A stretch of DNA of 63,885 bases, counting the filler, from Octopus bimaculoides (lineage: Eukaryota), in the NCBI RefSeq assembly GCF_001194135.2. It is 7 parts of 6 records of this genome, joined end to end, with 100 filler letters (N's around TTAATTAATTAA, not from the genome) between each part and the next. Parts side by side here need not be neighbours in the genome. Positions count along the whole stretch, not along the records: positions 25,562 to 49,961 come from NC_068982.1; positions 50,062 to 56,846 come from NC_068983.1; positions 56,947 to 62,346 come from NC_068989.1; 4 more parts are not named here. One strand, 5' to 3'. The notes beneath the pieces were generated by a model. That model was not told the origin of the DNA, made no database searches, and saw only the letters and a program-made list of their open reading frames with translations. Below, piece by piece: positions 45,857-57,989 of the stretch (position 1 is its first letter; every line of letters starts with the position of its first letter). Position numbers and translations under genes: made by a program.

Positions 45857-47876
45857 GAAATACGTTGCTCAAAGATGTGTTTCAAAGATAACCAAGCTAC
45901 TAATAACTGTTCCATTTCTCATTATCCCAAAGAAGAAAACTATGGTTAAACAACCACCGTTTTTACCACCTGTATTGCTTACTCCTCTCCACGGAAACAG
46001 TTTCCATTAACCAGAACTACTGCAGACTTCTACCACTGGACATCACTTCTTTCAGATCAACAACGGGAATATTTTAGCTTTCAATATCCTTTAGGAATTT
46101 GACCTTCTGTGGCATGGGAGTTTGACTTCCTATCGATTCTTTCACTCTCTTATACATTGAGCCATACTGAGATGGCGCTATTACAACATAGCAGGCGACT
46201 GTAATTTCTATAGCAGAGGATCTGTTAACTTTTTAAAGTTCTTTCATATATGTCAAACTTTCCACTCTGTCTATTCTTCTCCACTTTAATTTTCTTCATA
46301 TCTATGTAACTATATATTGTTAGGATTCTTCCTGCCAGGCATTCACTGATTCAGAAGCTTTTATGATATTGTATGTAAGAGAAACTTGGAAATCCAGTCT
46401 CTGCTGAACTTCCAAATGTTAATGTCTTGTACCACCTTTCCCATGAGTCAGGTAATTCTCTGATTATCTCCACTAGATCCCATTTATATTCATAGAGAAA
46501 CTCGAACTGGACATCTGCTCCACCATTCCCACTAAATATAGGGATGCTAAAAATATCATATGATTTTTTTTAGTTTTTACTCTTAGTTATTTGTAAGGAA
46601 GAACTTGCACATTGTTTGTTTGCTATTGATACAGATTTACACGTACAATTGATATGGAATATCTCTCAGGGTATGTTAACATAATTTCACAATGTAAGCA
46701 TAACATATTCTATTTTACGGTTTCATCAAGTTAGAACATGTATTATACAAAATAAATTGTATTCATAAATGACAAGAAAATCTCATTTCATATGTGTGTG
46801 TGTGTTTGTGTAACTTATATATATATGTGTGTGTGTCTTTCAGTTTCTCTATCTATCTATTTACCTATATGTGCGTGTGTAGGTATGTATGCATGTATTT
46901 CTTTTACATCCATAGCGCCGAGCATGTAAGGTTCTATAATGTACAGATGCAATTCTAATTCAATAAAGCAATATATTTCGATAATTTTATTAGCTTCGTA
47001 AACTTAATTTTACTATGGATTCTGCTATCTGAATGTGCAGCTCCTCTTGCAAAACTACTCCATAAATATATTGGCAAACAATCATTTCAATGTAAATAGA
47101 TAGCGCTACGTTTATGTACCGATCGACATTATATAATCTACAATTTTATTCTCTGCTTGCAGTTATGTTATGTTGATTATTAACATCAATCGTGGATAGT
47201 AGAGGTATCGTACCCTCTACCATTAGTTTAATACACAGAATATAGTTCCTTCCTGGAGATTCACATGCGTGCAGAAAACCATGTAAACTGTAAATATTAC
47301 AGAAAACATGTCCAAAGAAGAATATTTCCATAACTTCTATCCATTCAAGAAATATCAAGTGTATTTCTCAGTAGATATATGCAGTAGTATTAGTAGTATT
47401 TTCTTACGAATCAAACACAAGAGGCATGAAACATGAAAACGTCAACAAAAATTTGACGTTTTGATTTTAATTTATCTATCTATACATCATAGGTCCTCAC
47501 TTTCCTCTGACCTGACATATGTGGTTTCGTTATGATTAAACCGTGTAAAAAATTGTACAGGGATAATTCACTGACATGCGAAAAATCAGACAAAACACGA
47601 CAATAAATAATTCGGGACAAAATTTGTTCAGTAAATACATTGGATCATTTATAAGGTAATACTGAAATTAGATGTAACACGTATTTCTAAATTTTGAGAT
47701 GTTCAGATTTGAAATATTCTAAATATAATGTATTTACACTTTAATAAACAATATATTAAACAAATATAAAGTGATTTTGCGTCTTTCCCATTAAAGTCTC
47801 ACTGCTGTAATAATGCAAAACACGCACTCACATGTTTACATTAATTCACCAATGCCTCGGTATATACACATATATA

Positions 47877-49145
47877 TTAGGTCGTCAAGTATGAAATTCG
47901 TAGTGAAACTATGACAGCTGCTCATTTTGGGCCATTATTATATTTTGACAACCTTTATTTTTTGTTAGAAAGTTGACACATCTATTTCTTTATTCTTACT
48001 CATTTTGCGCTTTATAAAGTATTTATAAATCATTCTTTCGCTATTTTAATTTAGAGATGGATAAGTCAGAAATTTGTTTTGAAATATGAATTCGTTCTTG
48101 GAAATACAGCATCACAGACAGTTCGGAATAATAATGGAGTATTTATTTCTAATGGTATTACACAGCAGACAGTATAAACTTGGTTTGCAAAATTTCGTTT
48201 TGGTAACTTTGGCCTCACAAATAAGCAACGCGGTCTACCAGAAACAAAAGGTGGATAATGATGTACTGAAAGCCACCGTCGAGTCAGATCCATCTCACAG
48301 TGTCCGTGAAATATCGTTGTTGTTTGCTGTTAGCAAGCAAACAGTAATGACTCATCTAGTTGGAATCAGTAAAGTGAAGACGTTGGATAAATGGGTTCCA
48401 TATGAACTTAATGGAAATCAGACACAGTAACGTTTGGAAGCCTATATTATGCTACTTTCTCGTTACAAAAATCAATAATTTTTGAATCGGAATTGTAACG
48501 TGATCAGAACTGGATTCAATACAATAAACGTAAACGTTCAGCTCAATAGTAGGACAGAGATGAGCCACCAAAACACAGTCCAAAAAACAAAATTCATCAA
48601 AATAAGCTGATGGTGTGTGTTTGGTGGTCGAACGCAGGTGCGATCGATTATGATTTCGTTAAACCCGGTTCATCAATCACGGCAAAAGTATACTGCAGCC
48701 AATTGCACCAAATGATGCAGAAACTTACAAAACAAAGCCTAGATTACTAAACAGATCAACTTCTATTTTATTACAAGACAACGCCAGACCACACTTCGCA
48801 AAAATGACATTGGCGAAACTAGAGGAGCTGGAGTTGGAAGTTCTCTATCATCCACCATACTCCCCGGATCTTGCCCCCACTGACTAATACTTCTTCCAGA
48901 ATTTGGATAAATGTTTGAAAGGAAAAATATTTAATTCCGACGATGGTGTAAATCAGGCCTTCCAAGATTTTATTGATTTTAGATTGCCAGGCTTTTACAC
49001 TTCCGTGCTGGGCAAGCTACCGCTGAAATGGCAAAAGTGTATTAACAAAATGAGTGCATACTTTGATGAATAAAACTATTCTTTGGATTTATGAAACAGC
49101 AAAGTATTTTTTTCTTTTCTATGAATTTCATACTTGACGACCTAA
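47877..49145 (+). mobile_element. Full-length mariner (DD34D) transposon, 1269 bp
   Basis: 27-bp TIRs TTAGGTCGTCAAGTATGAAATTC(G/A)TAG (26/27) with TA on both sides. Confidence 0.95.
48057..49073 (+). pseudogene. mariner transposase pseudogene
   Basis: MDKSEI..., WFAKFRFG, DKWVPYEL (WVPHEL motif), LMVCVWWS, LLQDNARPH, HPPYSPDLAPTD, WQKCINKMSAYFDE*. Multiple stops and frameshifts. Confidence 0.95.
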
Positions 49146-49544
49146 TATATANNNNNNNNNNNNNNNNNNNNNNNNNNNNNNNNNNNNNNNNNNNNNNNNN
49201 NNNNNNNNTATATATATATATGTATGTATTCGTCTGTGTGTGTGTGCGCGCATGTGCGTGTATGCGTGTGCGTATTCGTGTGTGTGTGTGTGTGTGTGTG
49301 TGTAAAGATATATACCAACAGACAAATAAACATATTTTGTTGTTTAAAAGAGCTTGATCTGATTCCAAGCGACTTACTTACACAGGCTTCTTATGGAAAC
49401 CTAGCTCGGTCATGTTCTGATTACTAGTGATCTGAGCCTAAACGAGCTAGGTTACTGTAAGAAGCCTGAGGGAGTTCAAGGGGTATGGAGATGAATCGAA
49501 CCGTTTTAAATAATACATACACACACAAATATACATAAAAAGCA

Positions 49545-49868
49545 ATAACCGCCTTCGGTCACGAATGACCTTGGAATTGCTCCTAGAAAGTTCCCCTCCA
49601 AGAAATAACTAGCCGGGGAATATCATGCAGTCACCGATACACACCAGACTCCTTTCTCCACATCAACGATGTTGTCCAAGGTAAACACAAAGGGCAATAC
49701 AGCTTGGCACTAGGGACATCGCAACTCATTTCTACAGTTGAGTTAACTGGAGCAACGTGAAATAAAGTGTTTTGCTCAAGAACACAACACACACTCCGGT
49801 CCCGGAATCGAAGTAACTACCTGATGGTTGTGACCCAACGCTCTGACCACTAAGCCATGCGCCTTCAC
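49545..49868 (-). mobile_element. tRNA/CORE-like SINE (family F)
   Basis: Minus-strand head GAAGGCGCATGGCTTAGTGGTCAGAGCG...TTCGATTCC, followed by the CORE-like GTGTTCTTGAGCAAAACACTTTATTTCACGTTGCTCCAG. Confidence 0.7.
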
Positions 49869-49926
49869 ATCAATACACACGCGCACGCACACAGACACAC
49901 ACACACACACACACGCACACACACAT

Positions 49927-49961
<35 letters not shown>

Positions 49962-50061
49962 NNNNNNNNNNNNNNNNNNNNNNNNNNNNNNNNNNNNNNN
50001 NNNNNTTAATTAATTAANNNNNNNNNNNNNNNNNNNNNNNNNNNNNNNNNNNNNNNNNNNN

Positions 50062-50100
<39 letters not shown>

Positions 50101-50208
50101 CTGTGGAAGGCTGGTTTATGGGATTACCCTGGGTTTCCAGTCCATAAAGGGTTTTAACTTTATGGCATATTACCAGGCCACAAAACCTGTTGGCATAAGA
50201 CCTCTTCA

Positions 50209-50241
<33 letters not shown>

Positions 50242-50854
50242 TAGTGTGTGTGTATATACATATAAACATACATACCTCTATGAACATGCATGTGTGTATG
50301 TGTTTTATATATGTGTGTGTGTGTGTGTGAGTAAGAGAAAGTGAGAGGAGTTAAACAGCAATGAGTAGTGTTTTGTCTTTGACAGAAAGTAGTCCATCCA
50401 GTATCATTAAGAAGTGAATTTGAGAGGATTATCAAATTTCAAGTTGTTAATCTAAATATTTTCAAATGGCTGTAGCAAACAAAAAAAACAAAAAAACAAA
50501 AACAAAGGGAAAGTAACAACAAACAACAACAACTGGCACCCCATCAGTTACAATGACAAAGGTTCCAGTTGATCCAATCAATGAACAGTATGCTTGTGAA
50601 ATTAATGTGCAAATAAATGGCTGAGCACTCCACAGACACGCATACCCATGACCTAGTTCTTACAAAGATGCAGAGTGACAGAATTTGACAAGGCTGGGCC
50701 CTTTGAATTACAGTTTCAACTCACTTTTGCCAGTTGAATAGACTGAAGCGAAGTGAAATAAAGTGTCTTGCTGAAGGACACAATGTGCTGCTGGGAATCA
50801 AACTCACAGTCTTATAAATTGTAAGCTAACTACCTTAACCACTTACACCAACAA

Positions 50855-51134
50855 CTGTTGTTGTTGGCACTCCGTCGCTTACGACGTCAAGGGTTCCAGT
50901 TGATCCGATCAACGGAACAGCCTGCTTGTGAAATTAACGTGCAAGTGGCTGAGCAATCCACANNNNNNNNNNTGAAAGAGTACAGCAGGGTTCGCCACCA
51001 TCCCCTGCCGGAGCCTCGTGGAGCTTTAGGTGTTTTCGCTCAATAAACACTCACAACACCCGGTCTGGGAATTGAAACCGCGATCCTATGACCGTGAGTC
51101 CACTGCCATAACCACTGGGCTATTGTGCCTCCAC
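50855..51134 (-). mobile_element. SINE family C with 10-bp TSD, inserted at the head of an older related copy (50515-50845)
   Basis: Matches 30352-30744; ACACCAACAA at 50845-50854 and 51135-51144. Confidence 0.85.
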
Positions 51135-51231
51135 ACACCAACAATGATAACACATCATTACTTGGTTGATTCTGACACAAAATCTGGTCAATTTTATCAT
51201 GTAAAAATGGCTGAAGCTTCAAAAATCTTTG

Positions 51232-51542
51232 ATAATCATCATCATCATTTAATGTCTGCTTTCCATGCTGGACGGTTTGATTGAGGACTGGCAAGCCAGG
51301 CAGCTGCACTGGGCTACAGTCTGATCTGGCAAGGTTCCTAGAGCTGGATGCTCTTCCTAACGCCAACCACTCAGAGAATAGTGGGAACTTTTTACGTGCA
51401 ATCAGCACGAGAGCCAGTCAGGCAGTACTGGCTTTGACCATGCTTGAATGGTGCTTTTTATGCACCACTGGCATCAGCCATGCTCGAATGGTGCTTTTTA
51501 CATATCACCGGTATGGGTGCCAGTCATGCAGCACCGAATAAA
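51232..51542 (-). mobile_element. SINE family D flanked by a 31-bp direct repeat
   Basis: Family D sequence; GTAAAAAT(G/T)GCTGAAGCTTCAAAAATCTTTG at 51201-51231 and 51543-51573. Confidence 0.85.
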
Positions 51543-52295
51543 GTAAAAATTGCTGAAGCTTCAAAAATCTTTGTTATCAACTCTTTTAATAAATGAACTT
51601 TAAATGTAGGTGAGTCCTGTACGCTCTATTGTGTGACATAAAGGAATTTGAATGGCTGCTATAGCTGAGAGATAAGAGAAGAGAGAGGGAATCTCAAAAA
51701 GCATGCTTGTTTGTATAACTAACTACAAACACTATGATTGCAAAGCTTTAGAGAAACAATGTAATGCCTACATTGAAATGTTTATGAAGACTGGCCAGAC
51801 AATACTAACCAGTTGACATGTAAACAAAATCTTTTAAAAAGAGTTAACATATAATTAATAATGAGCACAGATGATCTATTTTCTGCTTTTTCTCTCGAGA
51901 CAACAAAGAGTTTCGTGTAAAAGCAGATTGTAATTCTCAAAGCATTGCTGCTTAAGAATGTCCTCTACTTTTATGAATGAGCAGCCACAGAGAATAGCAG
52001 ACAAATGAAATAAAATGACATATAATAATGTAGAAAGGAACCAGTCTGCAAACAGACATAATACAAACGGGGAGAGAAAGAGAAAGAGAGGGGCAAGGGG
52101 GGAGTAAAAGTTTGCTAAGTGTCATCTCAAGTGCTAACATGCATTGCTTATACAATGAAGCCATTCATAAACTTTCTAATTAAATATTTTACATTATCAA
52201 ATTCATTATTTAACATGATTATTGCCAAATTTTCAAAGAATGCTGTTGTTTTATAATCTAGATTACTGAAAGCAAATCAGATTACTTTGAGTAAT

Positions 52296-52464
52296 CACTC
52301 ATTCCCACAGATCTAGTCATCACCCATTCACCACAAATCTAACCATCACCCATTCACCACAAATCTAACCATCACCCATTCACCACAAATCTAACCATCA
52401 TCCATTCACAAATTACCCCATCACTCAACACATATCTCACCACCACTCATTCCCAGAGATCTAG
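52296..52464. repeat. 26-bp minisatellite (CATCACCCATTCACCACAAATCTAAC) x3 plus degenerate units
   Basis: Exact tandem units from 52318, bracketed by CACTCATTCCCA(C/G)AGATCTAG at both ends. Confidence 0.9.
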
Positions 52465-52837
52465 CACCAACTGTATTCTGTTTCTTTCAAACTTATATGA
52501 TAGAAAGGTGTTTCGATGCAACTTAATTTATCCAGTTGCTGTCTTTAGCAGTTAGACTAATCATTAGTCAGTTACTCATTTTGGCAGTAAGATTAGTCTT
52601 CTTCAAAGTGAAAGTATTGATGGAATTAAAACTGCTTACACAATAGCAAATGTTGATGATATATATATAAAAAAAAAAGTGTTTTAAATAATGGAATTTA
52701 GACAAAATTAATAACAGTATGTGAATATTGGGTTAAAAATCCCTTTAGATAGGAAAAGTAAAGGGCTGCTCATAAGACATGAACCCACAACCAAACACAA
52801 CATGCTCTACTGTTATACCAAAATATCATTATGATCA

Positions 52838-53010
52838 GCATCATGATTTAACATCCTTTTTCCATGCTGATATGGGTTGGACAGCCTGACAGGAACTGGC
52901 CAGGCTTCAATTATCCATTTTGGCATGATTTCTATTGCTGGATGCCCTTCTTAATGCCAGCCACTTTACAGAATTACTGGGTGCTTTTTACATGGCACCA
53001 TCACCAGTGA
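52838..53010 (-). mobile_element. SINE family D, short diverged copy
   Basis: CATCATGATTTAACATCC...GCTGGATGCCCTTCTTAATGCC motif. Confidence 0.7.
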
Positions 53011-53719
53011 TTCCTATGTGGTTTGTCTATTTCAAATGCTTTGTTCTGACCAGTTAGAATTCTATGTTGTTTACATCTTAAAAATTTAGAAATTTCTAAA
53101 TTTTGATGATGTAAAAAAAAATATTTACCAAGATAATTCCTGGATGTTTCTCAGAAATATGTCAACAAATTATAGTATTAATTCATTGTAAGACAATTGT
53201 GTTGAGAAATCAGCATGCCCTTGTACCAGAGAGAAAATGGGAGTTGAGGACAGGTAAATTTTTTTAGACCTGAACCATACCAATAGCTCCAGTTAAATCC
53301 AGCAATTAGGACTAATGACACCCAGGTTAATTACACAGAGGTTTGTCTGCTAATGATAGTTTAAATTTCCTATGACTCATAGTTCCAGCTTTGTATTTTG
53401 AATAATATATTTGACAAGAAGCAGAGATTAATTAGTTGAAATATTGGTGATGATTTGAAAAGAATTCCTGATGAATTTTTTTCTTCAGAAATACCACCTG
53501 AGAATAAGTTTCTAAAAATCAATTTATGTCAATTTAGTTTAGGCAATATGCTGGTAATATTTTCTGAAAGAATGTAATACTTAGTCAAGTGAAGAGGATA
53601 TCAGAGTGCATGTTGACAGGTCGTTGGTTCAAATCTCATTCATGGTGGTTTAATGATTTATCTGACCAAGTCATTGGTATCTCAAATGGCTCCAACTACC
53701 AAGGGATTTTAGAATCCTG

Positions 53720-54135
53720 GGCGCAGGTGTGGCTGTGTGGTAAGAAGCTTGCTTCCCAACCACATTGTTCTGGGTTCAGTCTCGCTGTGTGGAACTATGG
53801 GCAAGTGCCTTCTACTATAGCCTCGGGCCGACCAAAGCCTTGTGAGTGGATTTGGTAGATGGAAACTGGAAGAAGCCTGTCATGTGTGTGTCTATATATA
53901 TATGTATGTATGTATAAATTTATGTGAGTGCCTTTGAGTTTGTCTGTGTCACCCCACCATCACTTGACAACCGATGTTGGTGTGTTTACGTCCCCACAAC
54001 TTAGCAGTTTGGCAAAAGAAACTGATAGAATAAGTACTAGGCTTACAAAGAATAACTACTGGGATCGATTTGTTCGACTAACATCCTTCAAGACGGTGCT
54101 CCAGCATGGCCACAGTCAAATGGTCGAAGCAAGTT
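53720..54135 (+). mobile_element. SINE family B, full length
   Basis: Head GGCGCAGGTGTGGCTGTGTGGTAAG through 3' CAGCATGGCCACAGTCAAATGG. Confidence 0.88.
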
Positions 54136-54533
54136 AACTTAGCTTAAAGACAAGGTTATTTTATTAAACTCTACGACAAAGTCAACTTAGTAAAATCTAT
54201 ATTAGTTTTAAAAATTAACTGAAACAAACACAGTGTATTCTAAACAGCAAAATGGTAATAAGTGTTACACTAGCTTAATAAAGACCAAGTTATTTCATTA
54301 AACTCTATGTGTCACTTTTTTGAGTGGAGTGTCCCATATCTATTTAGCTATTTCTTTGTCTTTCTGTCTAAGCTGCTTAGTTCGTCTACTGCCTATGCGA
54401 TTACCCCTGCTCCATATTTAAGGAGTGAAACCACCCAGGTGTTGATAGCTTCAATTTTATTCCATCCATTTAATTTCAACTTAAGGATCAGTCTCAGTCT
54501 GTGCAAGTACTCTGCGTATTATTATTATTGTTA

Positions 54534-54565
<32 letters not shown>

Positions 54566-55262
54566 CGAAACATATATATTAAATACAATGGCAAGTTCTT
54601 GTCAGCAAAATTACAGTTTAAAGAAAAGCATTCTTGAAATAGTTAGAATACATCTATAATTATTCTCATTCTAATTAACCTTTTGAGACTTCTAGAGCTT
54701 TCTCTTTGAATAAAATATGTCTGTCAGATTTTCACTGAATAGAGCCCAGAGAGAGAAAGAGATGGGGTCAGAGGGAGGGAGAGAAGACAGCTTGAACTTT
54801 GGGTGAAATTATCAACAAGAGAAATAAAGAATGGCTCTAAAAATACTTAACATCGTGATATTGTGCTGTTTATTTTAGCGACTCCCTAATTAAGATATAT
54901 CTCAAAAAAAAAAAAAAAAAAAAAAAAAAAAGCAACAATTTTAACAGCAGACGAAAGCATTATTGAAATACTTGATTGACACAAAAACTAAATACATTGC
55001 ATCTCCATCACCAAAACACATTTGTAATGGCAGACCCCTTACCGAAGTATCATTACCCTCATGTGTATGTGGGAGGACAGGATGATGGCTTCAACCAAAT
55101 AAATGGCTAGAAAGCACAACTGAAGCCAGTTAATTAATTAATTAATTGATTGATTAATAGGTCAACTTTTAGCCAAATATCAATTATATGCCAAAAACAT
55201 GTGTACATGTATGGCGCTTGGGTTGTTTTTGTAACAGTCTCTTGATTAAAAGTTATAAATAG

Positions 55263-55312
<50 letters not shown>

Positions 55313-55395
55313 TTACATACATACATGTGTGTGCGTGTATATATATATGTGTGTGTGTGTGTGTGTATGTGTGTGTGTGTGTGTGCATATGTTGT

Positions 55396-55920
55396 CATCA
55401 TCATCGTTTAACGTCCACCTTCCATGCTAGCATGGGTTGGACAATTTGACTGAGGACTGGCAAACCAGATGGCTGCACCAGGCTCCAATCTGATCGGGCA
55501 GAGTTTCTACAGCTGGATGCCCTTCCTAGTGCCAACCACTCCGAGAGTGTAGTGGGTGCGTTTACGTGCCACCGGCATGAGGGCCAGCCAGGTGGTACTG
55601 GCAACGGCCACGCTTGAAATGGTGTTTTTTATGTACCACCTGTACAGGAGTCAGTCCAGTGGCACTGGCAATGACCTCACTGGTAATGATCACGCTCGAA
55701 TGGTGCTATTTACATGCCACTGGCACGGAAGCCAGACAGCTGCTCTGGCAATGATCACGCTCAGACGGTGCTCTTAGCACTTCACTGCCACAGGTGCCAG
55801 TCATCAAATTTGGTTCAATAACGGTTTTGATTTTTTTTCTTTTCAATTTCACTTGCCCCAACAGGTCTTCGCAAGCCGAGTTCAGTGTCTAATGAAGGAG
55901 AGGTTGGCAAGGGTGCCATG
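55396..55920 (-). mobile_element. SINE family D, long copy with internal tandem units (a plus-strand 3' end follows at ~55995-56081)
   Basis: (CAT)n start on the plus strand, the GGATGCCCTTCCTAGTGCCAACCAC motif, and ~3-4 internal repeat units. Confidence 0.82.
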
Positions 55921-56524
55921 TATTATATGTCTGTGTGTATATGTTTGTGTGTGTGTATGTGTATGAATATACATATATATATATATATATATGACTGGAT
56001 CCTGACACAACCTTCCAGTGTGCCAGCCCAGTCAAACTGTCCAACCCATGCCAGCATGGACAACGGACACTAAATGATGATATATATATATATATAAAAG
56101 TTTCCCACTGACAAATCTCTAAATTAAAAAAAAAAACAAATGAATACATAAATTGTGTTGTCTGTAGAAATTTCCGGTGGAAACACATCCACTTTATGCA
56201 TGCACACGCAAACACATATACACATTTATAGATACATTACCATAGATATATAAACAGACAGGCATATACTGACACAAACACAGAAGTACAAACATACACA
56301 CATACTGCCACAGGCTTACAGACATATACTCACACACGAACACCTTCTTCTCATTAATATCTACTTTCAACAGGAAACGAATTAAAATAAACCATAATCA
56401 ACTTTAACACACACACACACTGATAGTCAGACAGACATTGCACAGTGTTTCATACAATGTAGAAGGATTATCAGAGGAGATAAGCTGACATAAAGTAGAC
56501 ACTCAGCTAAAGATATTTATCAGT

Positions 56525-56790
56525 ATCATCATCTGGTTGAGCATGCTCGAACATTATTAACCCACACACGCCATCCATCTCAGTCGTGCATAAGTTGAGG
56601 GAGGTCTCCAGGTCGGCATCTGGTGTCTCTGGTGAGTGGATCTACAAAAGTGGTGTTTGGGCAACCTGCTCGAGTATGGACATGCTTTGGCATCCATAGC
56701 CGTAGGTCACGAGCGAAACTGAGAAAGTTTTGAGAAGAAATCAAAATGGCTTCAGAAAAAATAGATCAACTGTCAGAATCTACGTTGTCT
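56525..56790 (-). mobile_element. RTE-clade LINE extreme 3' end with (GAT)n tail
   Basis: WMPKHVHTRAGCPNTTFVDPLTRDT...LPQLMHD*DGWRVWVNNVRACSTR*, followed by GATGATGAT. Confidence 0.7.
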
Positions 56791-56946
56791 CTCAAATATT
56801 TAGAATCTACGATTAAGAGGCCTATCTCCTGGTTGGGGGTACACCCNNNNNNNNNNNNNNNNNNNNNNNNNNNNNNNNNNNNNNNNNNNNTTAATTAATT
56901 AANNNNNNNNNNNNNNNNNNNNNNNNNNNNNNNNNNNNNNNNNNNN

Positions 56947-56998
<52 letters not shown>

Positions 56999-57548
56999 CG
57001 TGTGTGTGTGTATGTACGTGTATGTATATGCATACGTGTGCGTCCGTGCTTTTGTGTGTTTGCATGTACGTACGTACGTACATAAATACATACACATACA
57101 TATACTCGTACACATATAGACAACATACATTACACACACAGCCAATGTGGAGGATCTTTGCTTGGTTACTGCAGCCGTTAAACACACATACACACGCAGT
57201 TAGAAGTGTACGAGGTGAATTGACAGAATTGTTAGAGCATCGAACAGAATCTCTTGAGGATTCTTTCCAATTCACGGCACTCTGATATCAAACCCCACCT
57301 AGACCAAACTTGCTTTTCATCTCTCACATGTAATATACATAAAATGCTAAACAGTTCCTTGCCATTCTCAGCATTATATAAGCAGTGAACCAAACCTCGG
57401 CCCATTGGAATCCAGTCCAGTAATCAACGATATTTATTGGTTCAAAATAAAATAATTGAATGAAAATATATTATTAGGAAAATGTTCTTTTTATCCCAGA
57501 GAGGTTCAACTCAATGCTGTTCTAATTCCAACCATTATGATACCGTTT

Positions 57549-57941
57549 GGCGCAGGCATGACTGTGCAGTAACAAGTTTACTTCCCAACCACATGGTTCC
57601 GGGTTCAGTCCCACTGCGTGGGACCCTGGGCAAAGGGCTGCTACTCTAGCCTCCGGCTGACCAAAGCCTTGTGAGGTGAGTGAATTTGAGTTTTGGCTGA
57701 AAGAAGCCCATATATATATATATATATTCCCCAACCAGTCTCCATGATTGATCGCTGAATCCACAAGTTTATTTTTATTCTCTCTCTGTTTATTTACTCG
57801 TGTTCCTTTCTGTTGAAGAGCGTAGACTCGAAACGTAAAAGGCTTTCTCACTTTCCTGTGCGTCAAACACGTACTTGCTGTTCATACACCTGTCTTCGTC
57901 TTTTGTTTTTCTGTAAATTTCAACTAGACAGACAGACAGAC

Positions 57942-57989
<48 letters not shown>

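Noticed and set aside
52318-52410. CRISPR-like array
   Set aside because: The 26-bp units are contiguous with no unique spacers, there are no cas genes, and the context is eukaryotic.
55129-55150. TTAATTAATTAA as another scaffolding linker
   Set aside because: It is not flanked by N and is part of a natural (TAAT)n/(TGAT)n run.
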